Below, in pieces: positions 45,401-58,847 of a stretch of DNA of 64,000 bases. Source of the stretch: the human T2T-CHM13v2.0 reference genome, Homo sapiens; the NCBI RefSeq assembly GCF_009914755.1, contig NC_060933.1. The stretch is one strand, 5' to 3'. Both the position numbers and the translations under genes were made by a program. Under the pieces are notes generated by a model. The model was not told where the DNA came from, searched no databases, and was given only the letters and a program-made list of their open reading frames with translations. The stretch's first letter is position 1. Each line of letters opens with the position of its first letter.

Positions 45401-46300
45401 GAAGGGAATGGAATGGAATGGAATGGAACGAAATGGAATGGAATGGAATGGAATGGAATGGAATGGAATGGAATGAACCCGTGAGCAATGCAATGGAATG
45501 GAATGGAAAGGAATGGAATGGAATGGAATGGGTTCAATTCGAATGGAATGGAAAGGAATGGAATCAACCCGAGTGCAATGGCATGGAATGGAATGGAATG
45601 GAATGGAATGGAATGGAATGGATTCAACCCAAATGGAATGGAAAGGAATGGAATAAACCCGAGTGTAATGGCATGGAATGGAGTGGAATGGAATGGAATG
45701 GAAGGGAAAGGAATGGAATGGAATTAACCTGAACAGAATGGAATGGAATGGAATGGAACGGAATGGAAGGGAATTGAATGGAATGGAATTAACCTGAACA
45801 GAATGGAATGGAATGGAATGGAACGGAATGGAATGGAATGGAATGGAATGGAATGGAATGCAATGCAATGGGATCAACCCGAGTGCAGGGGAATGGAATG
45901 GAATGGAATGCAATGGAATGGAATCAATGAACCCGAGTGCAATAGAATGCAGTTGAATGGAATGGAATGGAATGGAAAGTACCCGAATGGAATGGAATGG
46001 AATGGAGTGTAAGGGAATTAAAAAGAATCGATCCGAATGTAATGTAATGGAATGGAACGGAATGGAATGGAATGGAATGGAATGGAATGGAATGGAATGG
46101 AATCAACTCGATTGCAATGGAATGGAATGGAATGGAATGGAATGGAATGGAATTAACCCGAATAGAATCGAATGGAACGGAAAGGAAGGGAATGGAATGG
46201 AATGTAATCAACTCGAGTGCAGGGGAAAGCAATGCAATGGAATGAAATGGAATGGAGTCATACGGAATGGAAGGGAATGGAATGGAATGGATTCAACTCG
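30450..46300. repeat. Type-B sub-domain spanning the left inversion junction
   Basis: Distinct words: CATTTGGGTTGAATCC, GCACTAGGTTTG, GATTGTATTCAAT, GCACACGGGTTC, TTCAGGTTAA, GGGTACTTTCC and GAGTTGAACCC, with their reverse complements after 42089. ATTCAAGTTGAAT and CCGGAAGATT were not seen. Boundaries are approximate. Confidence 0.72.
32415..33850 (+). repeat. ~725-bp tandem duplication in type-B domain, with a third related copy at ~35410-35980
   Basis: ORFs 32513/33238 and 32517/33242 are offset by 725. Shared words include gcactaggtttg, attcaggttg, cggtacc, gggttggttcc, gggttcattacc and ctcttcgggtt. Confidence 0.82.
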
Positions 46301-47417
46301 AATGGAATCAACTCGATTGCAATGGAATGGAATGGAATGGAAAGGAATAGAATGGAATCAACCCGAGTGGAATGGAATGGAAAGGACTGGAATGGAGTGG
46401 AATGCAATGGAATGGAATTAACCCGAATAGAATGAAATGGAACGGAATGGAACGGAATGTAATGCAATGGAATCGAATGGAATCATCCCGAGTGCAGGGG
46501 AATGGAATGGAATGGAATGCAATGCAATGGAATCATCCGGAATGGAATGGAATGGAATGGAATGGAATGGAATGGAATCAACTCGATTTCAATGGAATGG
46601 AATGGAATAGAATGGAATGGAATTAACACGAATAGAATGGAATGGAATGGAATGGAATGGAACAGAAAGGAATGGAATGGAATCAACCCAAGTGCAGGGG
46701 AATGGAATGGAAGGGAATTCAATGGAATGGAATCATCCGGAATGGAATGGAATGGAATGGAATGGAATGGAATGGAATGGAATGGAATGGAATGGAATCA
46801 AAACGAGTGCAATGGAATGGAGAGGAATGGAATGGAATGGAATGGAAACTACCCGAATGGAATGGAATGGAATGGAGTGTAAGGGAATTGAATAGAATGA
46901 ATCCGAATGGAATGGAATGGAATGGAAAGGAATGGAATGGAATGGAATGGAATGCAATGCCTTGGAATCAACCCGAGCGCAATCGAATGGAATCGAATGG
47001 AATCGAATGAAATGGAATGCAATGGAATGGATTCAACTTGAATGGAATGGAAAGAATGGAATCAACACGAGTGGAATGGCATGGATTGGAATGGAATGGA
47101 ATGGAATCAACCCGAGTACAGGGGAATGGAATGGAATGGAATGAAATGGAATGGAATCCTACGTAATGTAATGGAAAGGAATGGAATGGAATGGAATGGA
47201 ATGGAATGGAATTGAATGGAATCAACTCGATTGCAATCGAATGCAATGGAATGGAATTAACCCGAATAGAAAGGAATGGAATGGAATGGAATGGAACGGA
47301 ACGGAATGGAATGGAATGGAATGGAATGGAATGGAACGGATCGGAATGGAATGGAATGGAATGGAATGGAATCAACGCGAGTGCAGGGGAATGGAATGGA
47401 ATGGAATGCAATGGAAT

Positions 47418-47432
47418 GGAATCTTCCGGAAT
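47418..47432. promoter_or_regulatory. HSE-like word in the inverted block (GGAATCTTCCGGAAT), first copy after the ~18 kb gap
   Basis: Reverse complement of ATTCCGGAAGATTCC. Further copies at 49865, 51039 and 56214. Confidence 0.55.
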
Positions 47433-50400
47433 GGAATGGAATGGAATGCAATGGATTCAACTCGATTGCAATGGAATGCAATAGAATGGAATGGAACGGA
47501 ATGGAATGGAATTAACCCGAATAGAATGGAATGGAATGGAATGGAACGGAAGGGAACGGAACGGAACGGAACGGAACGGAATGGAATGGAATGGAATGGA
47601 ATTGTATGGAATGGAATGGAATGGTACGGAATAGAATGGAATGGAAAGAATTGGAATGGAATGGAATCGAATGGAATGGAATGGAATGGAATGGAATCAA
47701 CCCGAGTGCAGGGGAATGTAATGGAACGGAATGTAATGGAATGAAATCATCCGGAATGGAATGGAATGGAATGGAATTGAATGGAATGGAATGGAATGGA
47801 ATCAACCCGAGTGCAATGGAATGGAGTGGAATGAAATGGAATGGAATGGAACAACCCGAATGGAATGGAATGTAATGGAGAGTAAGGGAGTTGAATAGAA
47901 TCAATCCGAAAGTAATGGAATGGAATGGAACGGAATGGAATTGAATGGAATGGAATGGAATGCAATGGAATGGAATCAACCCGAGTGCAATGGAATGGAG
48001 AGAAATGGAATGGAATGGAATGGAAACTACCCGAATGGAATGGAATGTAATGGAGTGTAAGGGAATTGAATAGTATCAATCCGAATGTAATGGAATGGAA
48101 TGGAACGGAATGGAATGGAATGGAATGGAATGGAATGGAATGGAATCGTTCCGAGTGGAATAGGAGAGAATGTATTCGAGTGGAATGGAAAGGAATGGAA
48201 TCAACCAGAGTGGAATGGAAGGGAATGGAATGGAATGGAAACTAATAGATTAGATTGGAATCAACCCGAGTGGAATGGAATGGAAAGGACTGAAATGGAA
48301 TGGAATAGAATGGAATGGAATCAACTCGATTGTAATGGAATGGAATGGAATGGAATGGAACGGAATGGAATGGAATTAACCCGAATACAGTGGAATGCAA
48401 TCGAATGGAATGGAATTTAATGGAATGGAACGGAATGGAGTGGAATGGAATGGATTCAACCCGAGTGCAGGGGAATGGAATGGAATGGAATGCAATGGAA
48501 TGGAATCATCCGGAATGGAATGGAATGGAATGGAATGCAAAGCAATGGAATCAACTCGATTGCAATGGAAAGGAATGGAATGGAAAGGAATAGAATAGAA
48601 TCAACCTGATTGGAATGGAATGGAAAGGACTGGAATGGAGTGGAATGGAATGGAATGGAATGGAATGGAATGCAATGGAATGGTATGTAATGGAATGGAA
48701 TGGTACGGAATAGAATGGAATGGAACGAATTGTAATGGAATGGAATTCAATGGAATGGAATGGAATGGAATTGAATCAACGCGAGTGCAGGGGAATGTAA
48801 TGCAACGGAATGCAATGGAATGGAATCATCCGGAATGGAATGGAATGGAATGGAATGGAATGGAATGGAATCAACCCGAGTGCAATGGAATGGAGTGGAA
48901 TGGAATGGAATGGAATGGAACAACCCGAATGGAATGGAATGTAATGGAGAGTAAGGGAGTTGAATAGAATCAATCAGAATGTAATGTAATGGAATGCAAC
49001 GGAATGGAATGGAATGGAATGGAATGGAATGCAATGGAATGGAATCAACCCGAGTACAATGGAATGGAATGGAATGGAATGGAATGGAATGGAATGGAAT
49101 GCCTTCAAACCGAATGGAATGGAAAGGAATGGAATCAACACGAGTGGAATGGAATGGAATGGAATGGAATGGAATGGAATGGAATGCTACGGAATAGGAT
49201 GGAATGGAACGAAATGGAATGGAATGGAATGGACTGGAATGGAATGGAATGGAATGGAATCGTTCCGAGTGGAATAGGAGGGAATGTATTCGAGTGGAAT
49301 GGAAAGGAATGGAATCAACCAGAGTGGAATGGAAGGGAATGGAATGGAATGGAAACTAATAGAATGGAATCAACCCTAGTGGAATGGAATGGAAAGGACT
49401 GGAATGGAAAGGAATGGAATGGAATGGAATGGAATGGAATGGAATGGAATGGAATGGAATGGAATCAACGCGAGTGCAGGAGAATGGAATGGAATCGAAT
49501 GGAATGGAATGGAATGGAATCAACCCGAGTGCAGGGGAATGTAATGGAACGGAATGCAATGGAAAGGAATCATCCGGAATGGAATGGAAAGGAATGGAAT
49601 GGAATGGAATCAACCCGAGTGCAATGGAATGGAGTGGAATGGAATGGAATGGAATGGAACAACCCGAATGGAATGGAATGGAATGGAGAGTAAGGGAGTT
49701 GAAAAGTATCAATCCGAATGTAATGGAATGGAATGGAACGGAATGGAATGGAATGGAATGGAATGGAATGCAATGGAATGGAATCAACCCGAGTACAATG
49801 GAATGGAATGGAATGGAATGGAACGGAATGGAATGGAATGGAATGGAATGGAATGGAATGGAATGGAATCTTCCGGAATGGAATGGAATGGAATGGAATG
49901 GAATGCAATGGATTCAACTCGATTGCAATGGAATGGAATAGAATGGAATGGAATGGAATGGAATGGAATGGAATTAAACCGAATAGAATGGAATGGAATG
50001 GAATGGAATGGAACGGAACGGAACGGAACGGAACGGAACGGAGTGGAATGGAATGGAATGGAATTGTATGGAATGGAATGGAATGGTACGGAATAGAATG
50101 GAATGGAATGAATTGGAATGGAATGGAATCGAATGGAATGGAATGGAATGGAATGGGATCAAACCGAGTGCAATGGAATGGAGTGGAATGGAATGGAATG
50201 GAATGGAAAAACCCGAATGGAATGGAATGTAATGGAGAGTAAGGGAGTTGAATAGAATCAATCCGAATGTAATGGAATGGAACGGAATGGAATGGAATGG
50301 AATGGAATGGAATGGAATGGAATGGAATGCAATGGAATGGAATCAACCCGAGTACAATGGAACGGAATGGAATGGAATGAAATGGAATGGAATGGAATGG

Positions 50401-52599
50401 AATGGAATGGAATGGAATGGAATGGAATCAACCCGAGTGCAATGGAATGGAGAGGAATGGAATGGAATGGAATGGAAACTACCCGAATGGAATGGAATGT
50501 AATGGAGTGTAAGGGAATTGAATAGAATCAATCCGAATGGAATGGAATGGAATGGAACGGAATGTAATGGAATGGAATGGAATGGAATCAACACGAGTGC
50601 AGGGGAATGGAATGGAATGGAATGCAATGGAATGGATTCAACTTGAATGGAATGGAAAGAATGGAATCAACACGAGTGGAATGGCATGGATTGCAATGGA
50701 ATGGAATGGAATCAACCCGAGTACATGGGGAAACGAATGGAATGGAATGCAAAGGAATGGAATCATCCGTAATGGAATGGAAAGGAATGGAATGGAATGG
50801 AATGGAATGGAATGGAATGGAATGGAATGGAATCAACTCGATTGCAATCGAATGGAATGGAATGGAATTAACCCGAAGAGAATGGAATGGAATGGAATGG
50901 CACGGAACGGAATGGAATGGAATGGAATGGAATGGAATGGAACGGAACGGAATGGAATGGAACGGAATGGAATGGAATGGAATGGAATGGAATCAACGCG
51001 AGTGCAGGGGAATGGAATGGAATGGAATGCAATGGAATGGAATCTTCCGGAATGGAATGGAATGGAATAGAATTGAATGAAATGCAATGGATTCAACTCG
51101 ATTGCAATGGAATGTAATAGAATGGGATGGAATGGAATGGAATGGAATTAACCCGAATAGAATGGAATGGAATGGAATGGAATGGAATGGAACGGAATGG
51201 AATGGAATGGTATGGAATGGAATGGAATGGTACGGAATAGAATGGAATGGAACGAATTGTAATGGAATGGAATTGAATGGAATGGAATGGAATGGAATGG
51301 AATCAACGCGAGTGCAGGGGAATGTAATGGAACGGAATGCAATGCAATGGAATCATCCGGAATGGAATGGAATGGAATGGAATGGAATGGAATCAACCGG
51401 AGCGCAATGGAATGGAGTGGAATGGAATGGAATGGAATGGAACAACCCGAATGGAATGGAATGTAATGGAGAGTAAGGGAGTTGAATAGAATCAATCCGA
51501 TTGTAATGGAATGGAATGCAACGGAATGGAATGGAATGGAATGCAATGGAATGGAATGGAATGGAATGCAAAGGAATGGAATCAACCCGAGTGGAATGGC
51601 ATGGAATGGAATGCAATGGATTGGAATGGAATGGAATCAATTCGAGTGGAAAGGAATGGAATGGAATGGAAAGGAATGGAATGAAGTCAACTCGAGTGGA
51701 ATGGAATGGAATGGAATGGATTGGAATGGATTACAATGGAATGAAATGGAATGGAATGGAATGGAATCAATCATTCCGAGTGGAATGGAAGGGAATGTAA
51801 TGGAGTGGAAAGAAGGGAATGGAATCAACCCGAGTGGAATGCAAGGCAATGGAATGGAATGGAAAGGAATGGAATGGAAACAACTCGATTGCAATGGAAT
51901 GGAATGGAATGGAATGGAATGGAATGGAATTAACCGGAATAGAATGGAATGGAATGGAATGGAACGGAATGGAATGGAATGGAATGGAATGCAATCAACA
52001 CGAGTGCAGGGGAATGGAATGGAATGGAATGAAATGGAATGGAATCATCCGGAATGGAATGGAATGGAATGGAATCAACTCCATTGCAATGGAATGGAAT
52101 GGAATGGAATGGAATAGAATGGAATGGAATTAACCCGAATAGAATGGAATGCAATAGAATGGAATGCAACGGAACCGAATGGAGTGGAATGGAATGGAAT
52201 GGAATCAACCCGAGTACAGGGGAATGGAATGGAATGGAATGCAATGGAATGGAGTCATCCGTAATGGAATGGAAAGGAATAGAATGGAATGGAATGGAAT
52301 GTAATGGAATGGAATGGAATCAACTCGATGGCAATCGAATGGAATGGAATGGAATTAACCCGAATAGAACGGAATGGAATGGAATGGAACGGAACGGAAT
52401 GGAATGGAATGGAATGGAATTGAATGGAATGGAATGCCTTCAAACCGAATGGAATGGAAAGGAATGGAATCAACACGAGTGGAAAAGAATGGAATGGAAA
52501 GGAATGGAATGGAATGGAATGGTACGGAATAGAATGGAATGGAACGAACTGGAATGGAATGGAATGGAATGGAATGGAATGAAATGGAATCGTTCCGAG

Positions 52600-55500
52600 T
52601 GGAATAGGAGGGAATGTATTCGAGTGGAATGGAAAGGAATGGAATCAACCAGAGTGGAATGGAAGGGAATGGAATGGAATGGAAACTAATAGAATGGAAT
52701 CAACCCGAGTGGAATGGAATGGAAAGGACTGGAATGGAATGGAATGGAATGGAATGGAATGGAATGGAATCAACTCGATTGTAATGGAATGGAATGGAAT
52801 GGAATGGAATGGAATGGAATGGAATGGAATGGAATTAACCCGAATAAAATGGAATGGAGTGGAATGGAATGGAGTGGAGTGGAATGGAATGGAATCAACC
52901 CGAGTGCAGGGGAATGGAATGGAATGGAATGCAATGGAATGGAATCATCCGGAATGGAATGGAATGGAATGGAATGCAAAGCAATGGAATCAACTCGATT
53001 GCAATGGAATGGAATGGAATGGAAAGCAATAGAATGGAATCAACCCGAGTGTAATGGAATGGATAGGACTGGAATGGAGTGGAATGGAGTGGAATGGAAT
53101 GGAATGGAATCAACTCGATTGGAATGGAATGGAATGGAATGGAATGGAATGGAATTAACCCGAATGGAATGGAATGGAATGGAATGGAACGGAATGGAAT
53201 GGAATAGAATGGAATAGAATGGAATGCAATGGAATCAACCCGACTGCAGGGGAATGGAATGGAATGGAATGGAATGGAATGGAATGGAATCATCCGGAAC
53301 GGAATGGAATGGAATGGAATGGAATCAACTCGATTGCAATGGAATGGAATGGAATGGAATGGAATGGAATGGAATGGAATGGAATGGAATGGAATTCACC
53401 CGAATAGAATGGAATGGAATGGAATGGAAAGGAATGGAAGGGAAGGAAATGGAATGTAATCAACCCGAGTGCAGGGGAATGGAATGGAATGGAATGCAAT
53501 GGAATGGAATCATCCGGAATGGAATGGAATGGAATGGAGTGGAATGGAATGGAATGGAATGGAATGGTATCAACCCGAGTGCAGGGGAATGTAATGGAAC
53601 GGAATGCAATGGAATGGAATCATCCGGAATGGAATGGAATTGAGTGGAATGGAATGGAATCAACCCGAGTGCAATGGAATGGAGTGGAATGGAATGGAAT
53701 GGAATGGAATGGAACAACCCTAATGGAATGGAATGTAATGGACAGTAAGGGAGTTGAATAGAATCAATCCGAATGTAATGGAATGGAATGCAACGGAATG
53801 GAATGGAATGGAGTGCAATGGAATGGAATGGAATGGAATGCAAAGGAATGGAATCAACCCGAGTGGAATAGCATGGAATGGATTGCAATGGATTGGAATG
53901 GAATGGAATCAACTCCAGTGGAAAGGAATGGAATGGAATGGAAAGGAATGGAATGAAGTCAACTCAAGTGGAATGGAATGGAATGGAATGGATTGGAATG
54001 GATTGCAATGGAATGAAATGGAATGGAATGGAATGGAATCAATCATTCCGAATGGAATGGAAGGGAATGTAATGGAGTGGAAAGAAGGGAATGGAATCAA
54101 CCCGAGTGGAATGCAAGGAAATGGAATGGAATGGAGTGGAAAGAAGGGAATGGAATCAACCCGAGTGGAATGCAAGGCAATGGAATGGAATGGAAAGGAA
54201 TGGAATGGAATCAACTCGATTGCAATGGAATGGAATGGAATGGAATGGAATGGAATGGAATGGAATGGAATTAACCGGAATAGAATGGAATGGAATGGAA
54301 TGGAACGGAATGGAATTTAATGGAAGGGAATGGAATCAACACGAGTGCAGGGGAATGGAATGGAATGGAATGCAATGGAATGGAATCATCCGGAATGGAA
54401 TCGAATGGAATGGAATAAACTCCATTGCAATGGAATGGAATGGAATGGAATGGAATAGAATGGAATGGAATTAACCCGAATAGAATGGAATGCAATAGAA
54501 TGGAATGCAACGGAACCGAATGGAGTGGAATGGAATGGAATGGAATCAACCCGAGTACAGGGGAATGGAAAGGAATGGAAAGCAATGGAATGGAGTCATC
54601 CGTAATGGAATGGAAAGGAATGGAATGGAATGGAATGGAATGGAATGGAATGGAATGGAATGGAATCAACTCGATGGCAATCGAATGGAATGGAATGGAA
54701 TTAACCCGAATAGAATGGAATGGAATGGAATGGAACGGAACTGAATGGAATGGAATGGAATGGAATGGAATGGAACGGAACGGAATGGAATGGAATGGAA
54801 TGGAATGGAATCAACGCGAGTGCAGGGGAATGGAATGGAATGGAATGGAATGGAATGGAATGAAAGGCAATGGATTCAACTCGATTGCAATGGAATGGAA
54901 TAGAATGGAATGGAATTGAATGGAATGGAATGGAATTGAATGGAATGGAATGCCTTCAAACCGAATGGAATGGAAAGGAATGGAATCAACACGAGTGGAA
55001 AGGAATGGAATGGAAAGGAATGGAATGGAATGGAATGGTACGGAATAGAATGGAATGGAACGAACTGGAATGGAATGGAATGGAATGGAATGGAATGGAA
55101 TGGAATCGTTCCGAGTGGAATAGGAGGGAATGTATTCGAGTGGAATGGAAAAGAATGGAATCAACCAGAGTGAAATGGAAGGGAATGGAATGGAATGGAA
55201 ACTAATAGAATGGAATAAACCCGAGTGGAATGGAATGGAAAGGACTGGAATGGAATGGAATGGAATGGAATCAACTCTAGTAATGGAATGGAATGGAATG
55301 GAATGGAATGGAATTAACCCGAATACAATGGAATGGAATGGAATGGAACACAGTGGAGTGGAATGGAATGGAATCAACCCGAGTGCAGGGGAATGGAATG
55401 GAATGGAATGCAATGGAATGGAATCATCCGGAATGGAATGGAATGGAATGGAATGCAAAGCAATGGAATCAACTCGATTGCAATGGAATGGAATGGAATG

Positions 55501-58500
55501 GAAAGGAATAGAATGGAATCAACCCGAGTGTAATGGAATGGAAAGGACTGGAATGGAGTGGAATGGAATGGAATGGAATGGAATGGAATCAACTCGATTT
55601 GAAAGGAATGGAATGGAATGGAATGGAATTAACCCGAATAGAATGGAATGGAATGGAATGGAACGGAATGGAATGGAATGGAATAGAATCAACCCGACTG
55701 CAGGGGAATGGAATGGAATGCAATGGAATGGAATCATCCGGAATGGAATGGAATGGAATGCAATGGAATGGAATGGAATGGAATCAACCCGAGTGCAATG
55801 GAATGGAATCGAATGGAATGGAATGCAATGGAATGGATTCAACTTGAATGGAATGGAAAGAATGGAATCAACACGAGTGGAATGGCATGGATTGGAATGG
55901 AATGGAATGGAATCAACCCGAGTATAGGGGAATGGAATGGTATGGAATGCAATGGAATGGAATCATCCGGAATGGAATGGAAAGGAATGGAATGGAATGG
56001 AATGGAATGGAATGGAATCAACTCGATTGCAATCGAATGGAATGGAATGGAATTAACCCGAATAGAATGGAATGGAATGGAATGGAACGGAACGGAATGG
56101 AATGGAATGGAATGGAATGGAATGGAACGGAACGGAATGGAATGGAATGGAATGGAATGGAATGGAATCAACGCGAGTGCAGGGGAATGGAATGGAATGG
56201 AACGCAATGGAATGGAATCTTCCGGAATGGAATGGAATGGAATGGAATGGAATGAAATGCAATGGATTCAACTCGATTGCAATGGAATGGAATAGAATGC
56301 AATGGAATGGAATTGAATGGAATTAATTCGAATAGAATGGAATGGAATGGAATGGAACGGAATGGAACGGAATGGAATGGAATGGAATGGAATGGAATGG
56401 TATGGAATGGAATGGAATGGTACAGAATAGAATGGAATGGAACGAATTGTAATGGAATGAAATTGAATGGAATGGAATGGAATGGAATGGAATGGAATCA
56501 ACGCGAGTGCAGGGGAATGTAATTGAACGGAATGCAATGGAATGGAATCATCCGGAATGGAATGGAATGGAATGGAATGGAATGGAATGGAATGGAATGG
56601 AATCAACCCGAGTGCAATGGAATGGAGTGGAATGGAATCGAATGGAATGGAACAACCCGAATGGAATGGAATGGAATGGAGAGTAAGGGAGTTGAATAGA
56701 ATCAATCCGAATGTAATGGAATGGAATGCAACGGAATGGAATGGAATGGAATGGAATGGAATGCAATGGAATTGAATCAACCCGAGTACAATGGAATGGA
56801 ATGGAATGGAATGGAATGGAATGGAATGATACGGAATAGAATGGAATGGAACGAAATGGAATGGAATGGAATGGAATGGAATGGAATCGTTCTGAGTGGA
56901 ATAGGAGGGAATGTATTCGAGTGGAATGGAAAGGAATGGAAAAAACCTTAGTGGAAAGGAAGGGAATGGAATGGAATGGAAACTAATAGAATGGAATCAA
57001 CCCGAGAGGAATGGAATGGAAAGGACTGCAATGGAATGGAATGGAATGGAATCAACTCGACTGTAATGGAATGGAATGGAATGGAATGGAATGGAATTAA
57101 CCCGAATACAATGCAATGGAATGCAATTGAATGGAATGGAGTGGAATGGAACGGAATCAACCCGAGTGCAGGGGAATGGAATGGAATGGAATGCAATGGA
57201 ATGGAACCATCCGGAATGGAATGGAATGGAATGGAATGCAAAGCAATGGAATCAACTCGATTGCAATGGAATGGAATGGAATGGAAAGGAATAGAATGGA
57301 ATCAACTCGATTGGAATGGAATGGAAAGGACTGGAATGGAGTGGAATGGAATGGAATGGAATGGAATGGAATGGAATCAACTCGATTGGAATGGAATGGA
57401 ATGGAATGGAATGGAATGGAATGGAATTAACCCGAATAGAATGGAATGGAATGGAATGGAACGGAATGGAATGCAATAGAATGGAATAGAATGGAATGGA
57501 ATGGAATCAACCCGACTGCAGGGGAATGGAATGGAATGGAATGGAATATAATGGAATGGAATCATCCGGAACGGAAAGGAATGGAATGGAATGGAATGGA
57601 ATCAACTCGATTGCAATGGAATGGAATGGAATGGAATGGAATGGAATGGAATGGAATGGAATGGAATTCACCCGAATAGAATGGAATGGAATGGAATGGA
57701 AAGGAATGGAAGGGAAGGAAATGGAATGTAATCAACCCGAGTGCAAGGGAATGGAATGGAATGGAATGCAATGGAATGGAATCATCTGGAATGGAATCGA
57801 ATGGAATGGAATGGAATGGAATGGAACGGAATGGAATGGTATCAACCCGAGTGCAGGGGAATGTAATGGAACGGAATGCAATGGAATGGAATCATCCGGA
57901 ATGGAATGGAATTGAATGGAATGGAATGGAATCAACCCGAGTGCAATGGAATGGAGTGGAATGGAATGGAATGGAATGGAATGGAACAACCCGAATGTAA
58001 TGGAATGTAATGGACAGTAAGGGAGTTGAATAGAATCAATCCGAATGTAATGGAATGGAATGCAACGGAATGGAATGGAATGGAATGCAATGGAATGGAA
58101 TGGAATGGAATGCAAAGGAATGGAATCAACCCGAGTGGAATGGCATGGAATGGATTGCAATGGATTGGAATGGAATGGAATCAACTCCAGTGGAAAGGAA
58201 TGGAATGGAATGGAAAGGAATGGAATGAAGTCAACTCGAGTGGAATGGAATGGAATGGAATGGATTGGAATGGATTGCAATGGAATGAAATGGAATGGAA
58301 TGGAATGGAATCAATCATTCCGAGTGGAATGGAAGGGAAAGTAATGGAGTGGAAAGAAGGGAATGGAATCAACCCGAGTGGAATGCAAGGCAATGGAATT
58401 TAATGGAAAGGAATGGAATGGAATCAACTCGATTGCAATGGAATGGAATGGAATGGAATGGAATGGAATGGAATGGAATGGAATGGAATTAACCGGAATA

Positions 58501-58847
58501 GAATGAAATGGAATGGAATGGAACGGAATGGAATTTAATGGAAGGGAATGGAATCAACACGAGTGCAGGGGAATGGAATGGAATGGAATGCAATGGAATG
58601 GAATCATCCGGAATGGAATGGAATGGAATGGAATAAACTCCATTGCAATGGAATGGAATGGCATGGAATGGAATAGAATGGCATGGAATTAACCCGAAGA
58701 GAATGTAATGCAATAGAATGGAATGCAACGGAACCGAATGGAGTGGAATGGAATGGAATGGAATCAACCCGAGTACAGGGGAATGGAAAGGAATGGAATG
58801 GAATGGAATGGAATGGAATGCAATGGAATGGAATCAACCCGAGTGCA
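52600..58847 (-). repeat. Duplication with 4272-bp offset inside the inverted block (~52600-54570 vs ~56870-58845)
   Basis: ORFs 53174/57446, 53460/57732 and 53754/58026 are all offset by 4272. Shared variants include aattcacccg, ggtatcaacc, ggacagtaaggg, caactccagtgg and ataaactccattgc. Confidence 0.85.

Larger units (their letters stand above)
42089..58847 (-). repeat. Inverted HSat3 block (GGAAT on + strand), ~16.76 kb
   Basis: The + strand switches to (GGAAT)n at tccattcc|gtgtgcaatgg (42088/42089) and back at cccgagtgca|ttccattgc (58847/58848). All words are reverse-complemented, e.g. caacccgagtg and caactcgattgc. Confidence 0.97.

Noticed and set aside
42089-58847. Telomeric repeat, GGAA microsatellite or canonical G-quadruplex array
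   Set aside because: The unit is GGAAT, not TTAGGG or GGAA, and runs of three or more G are isolated.
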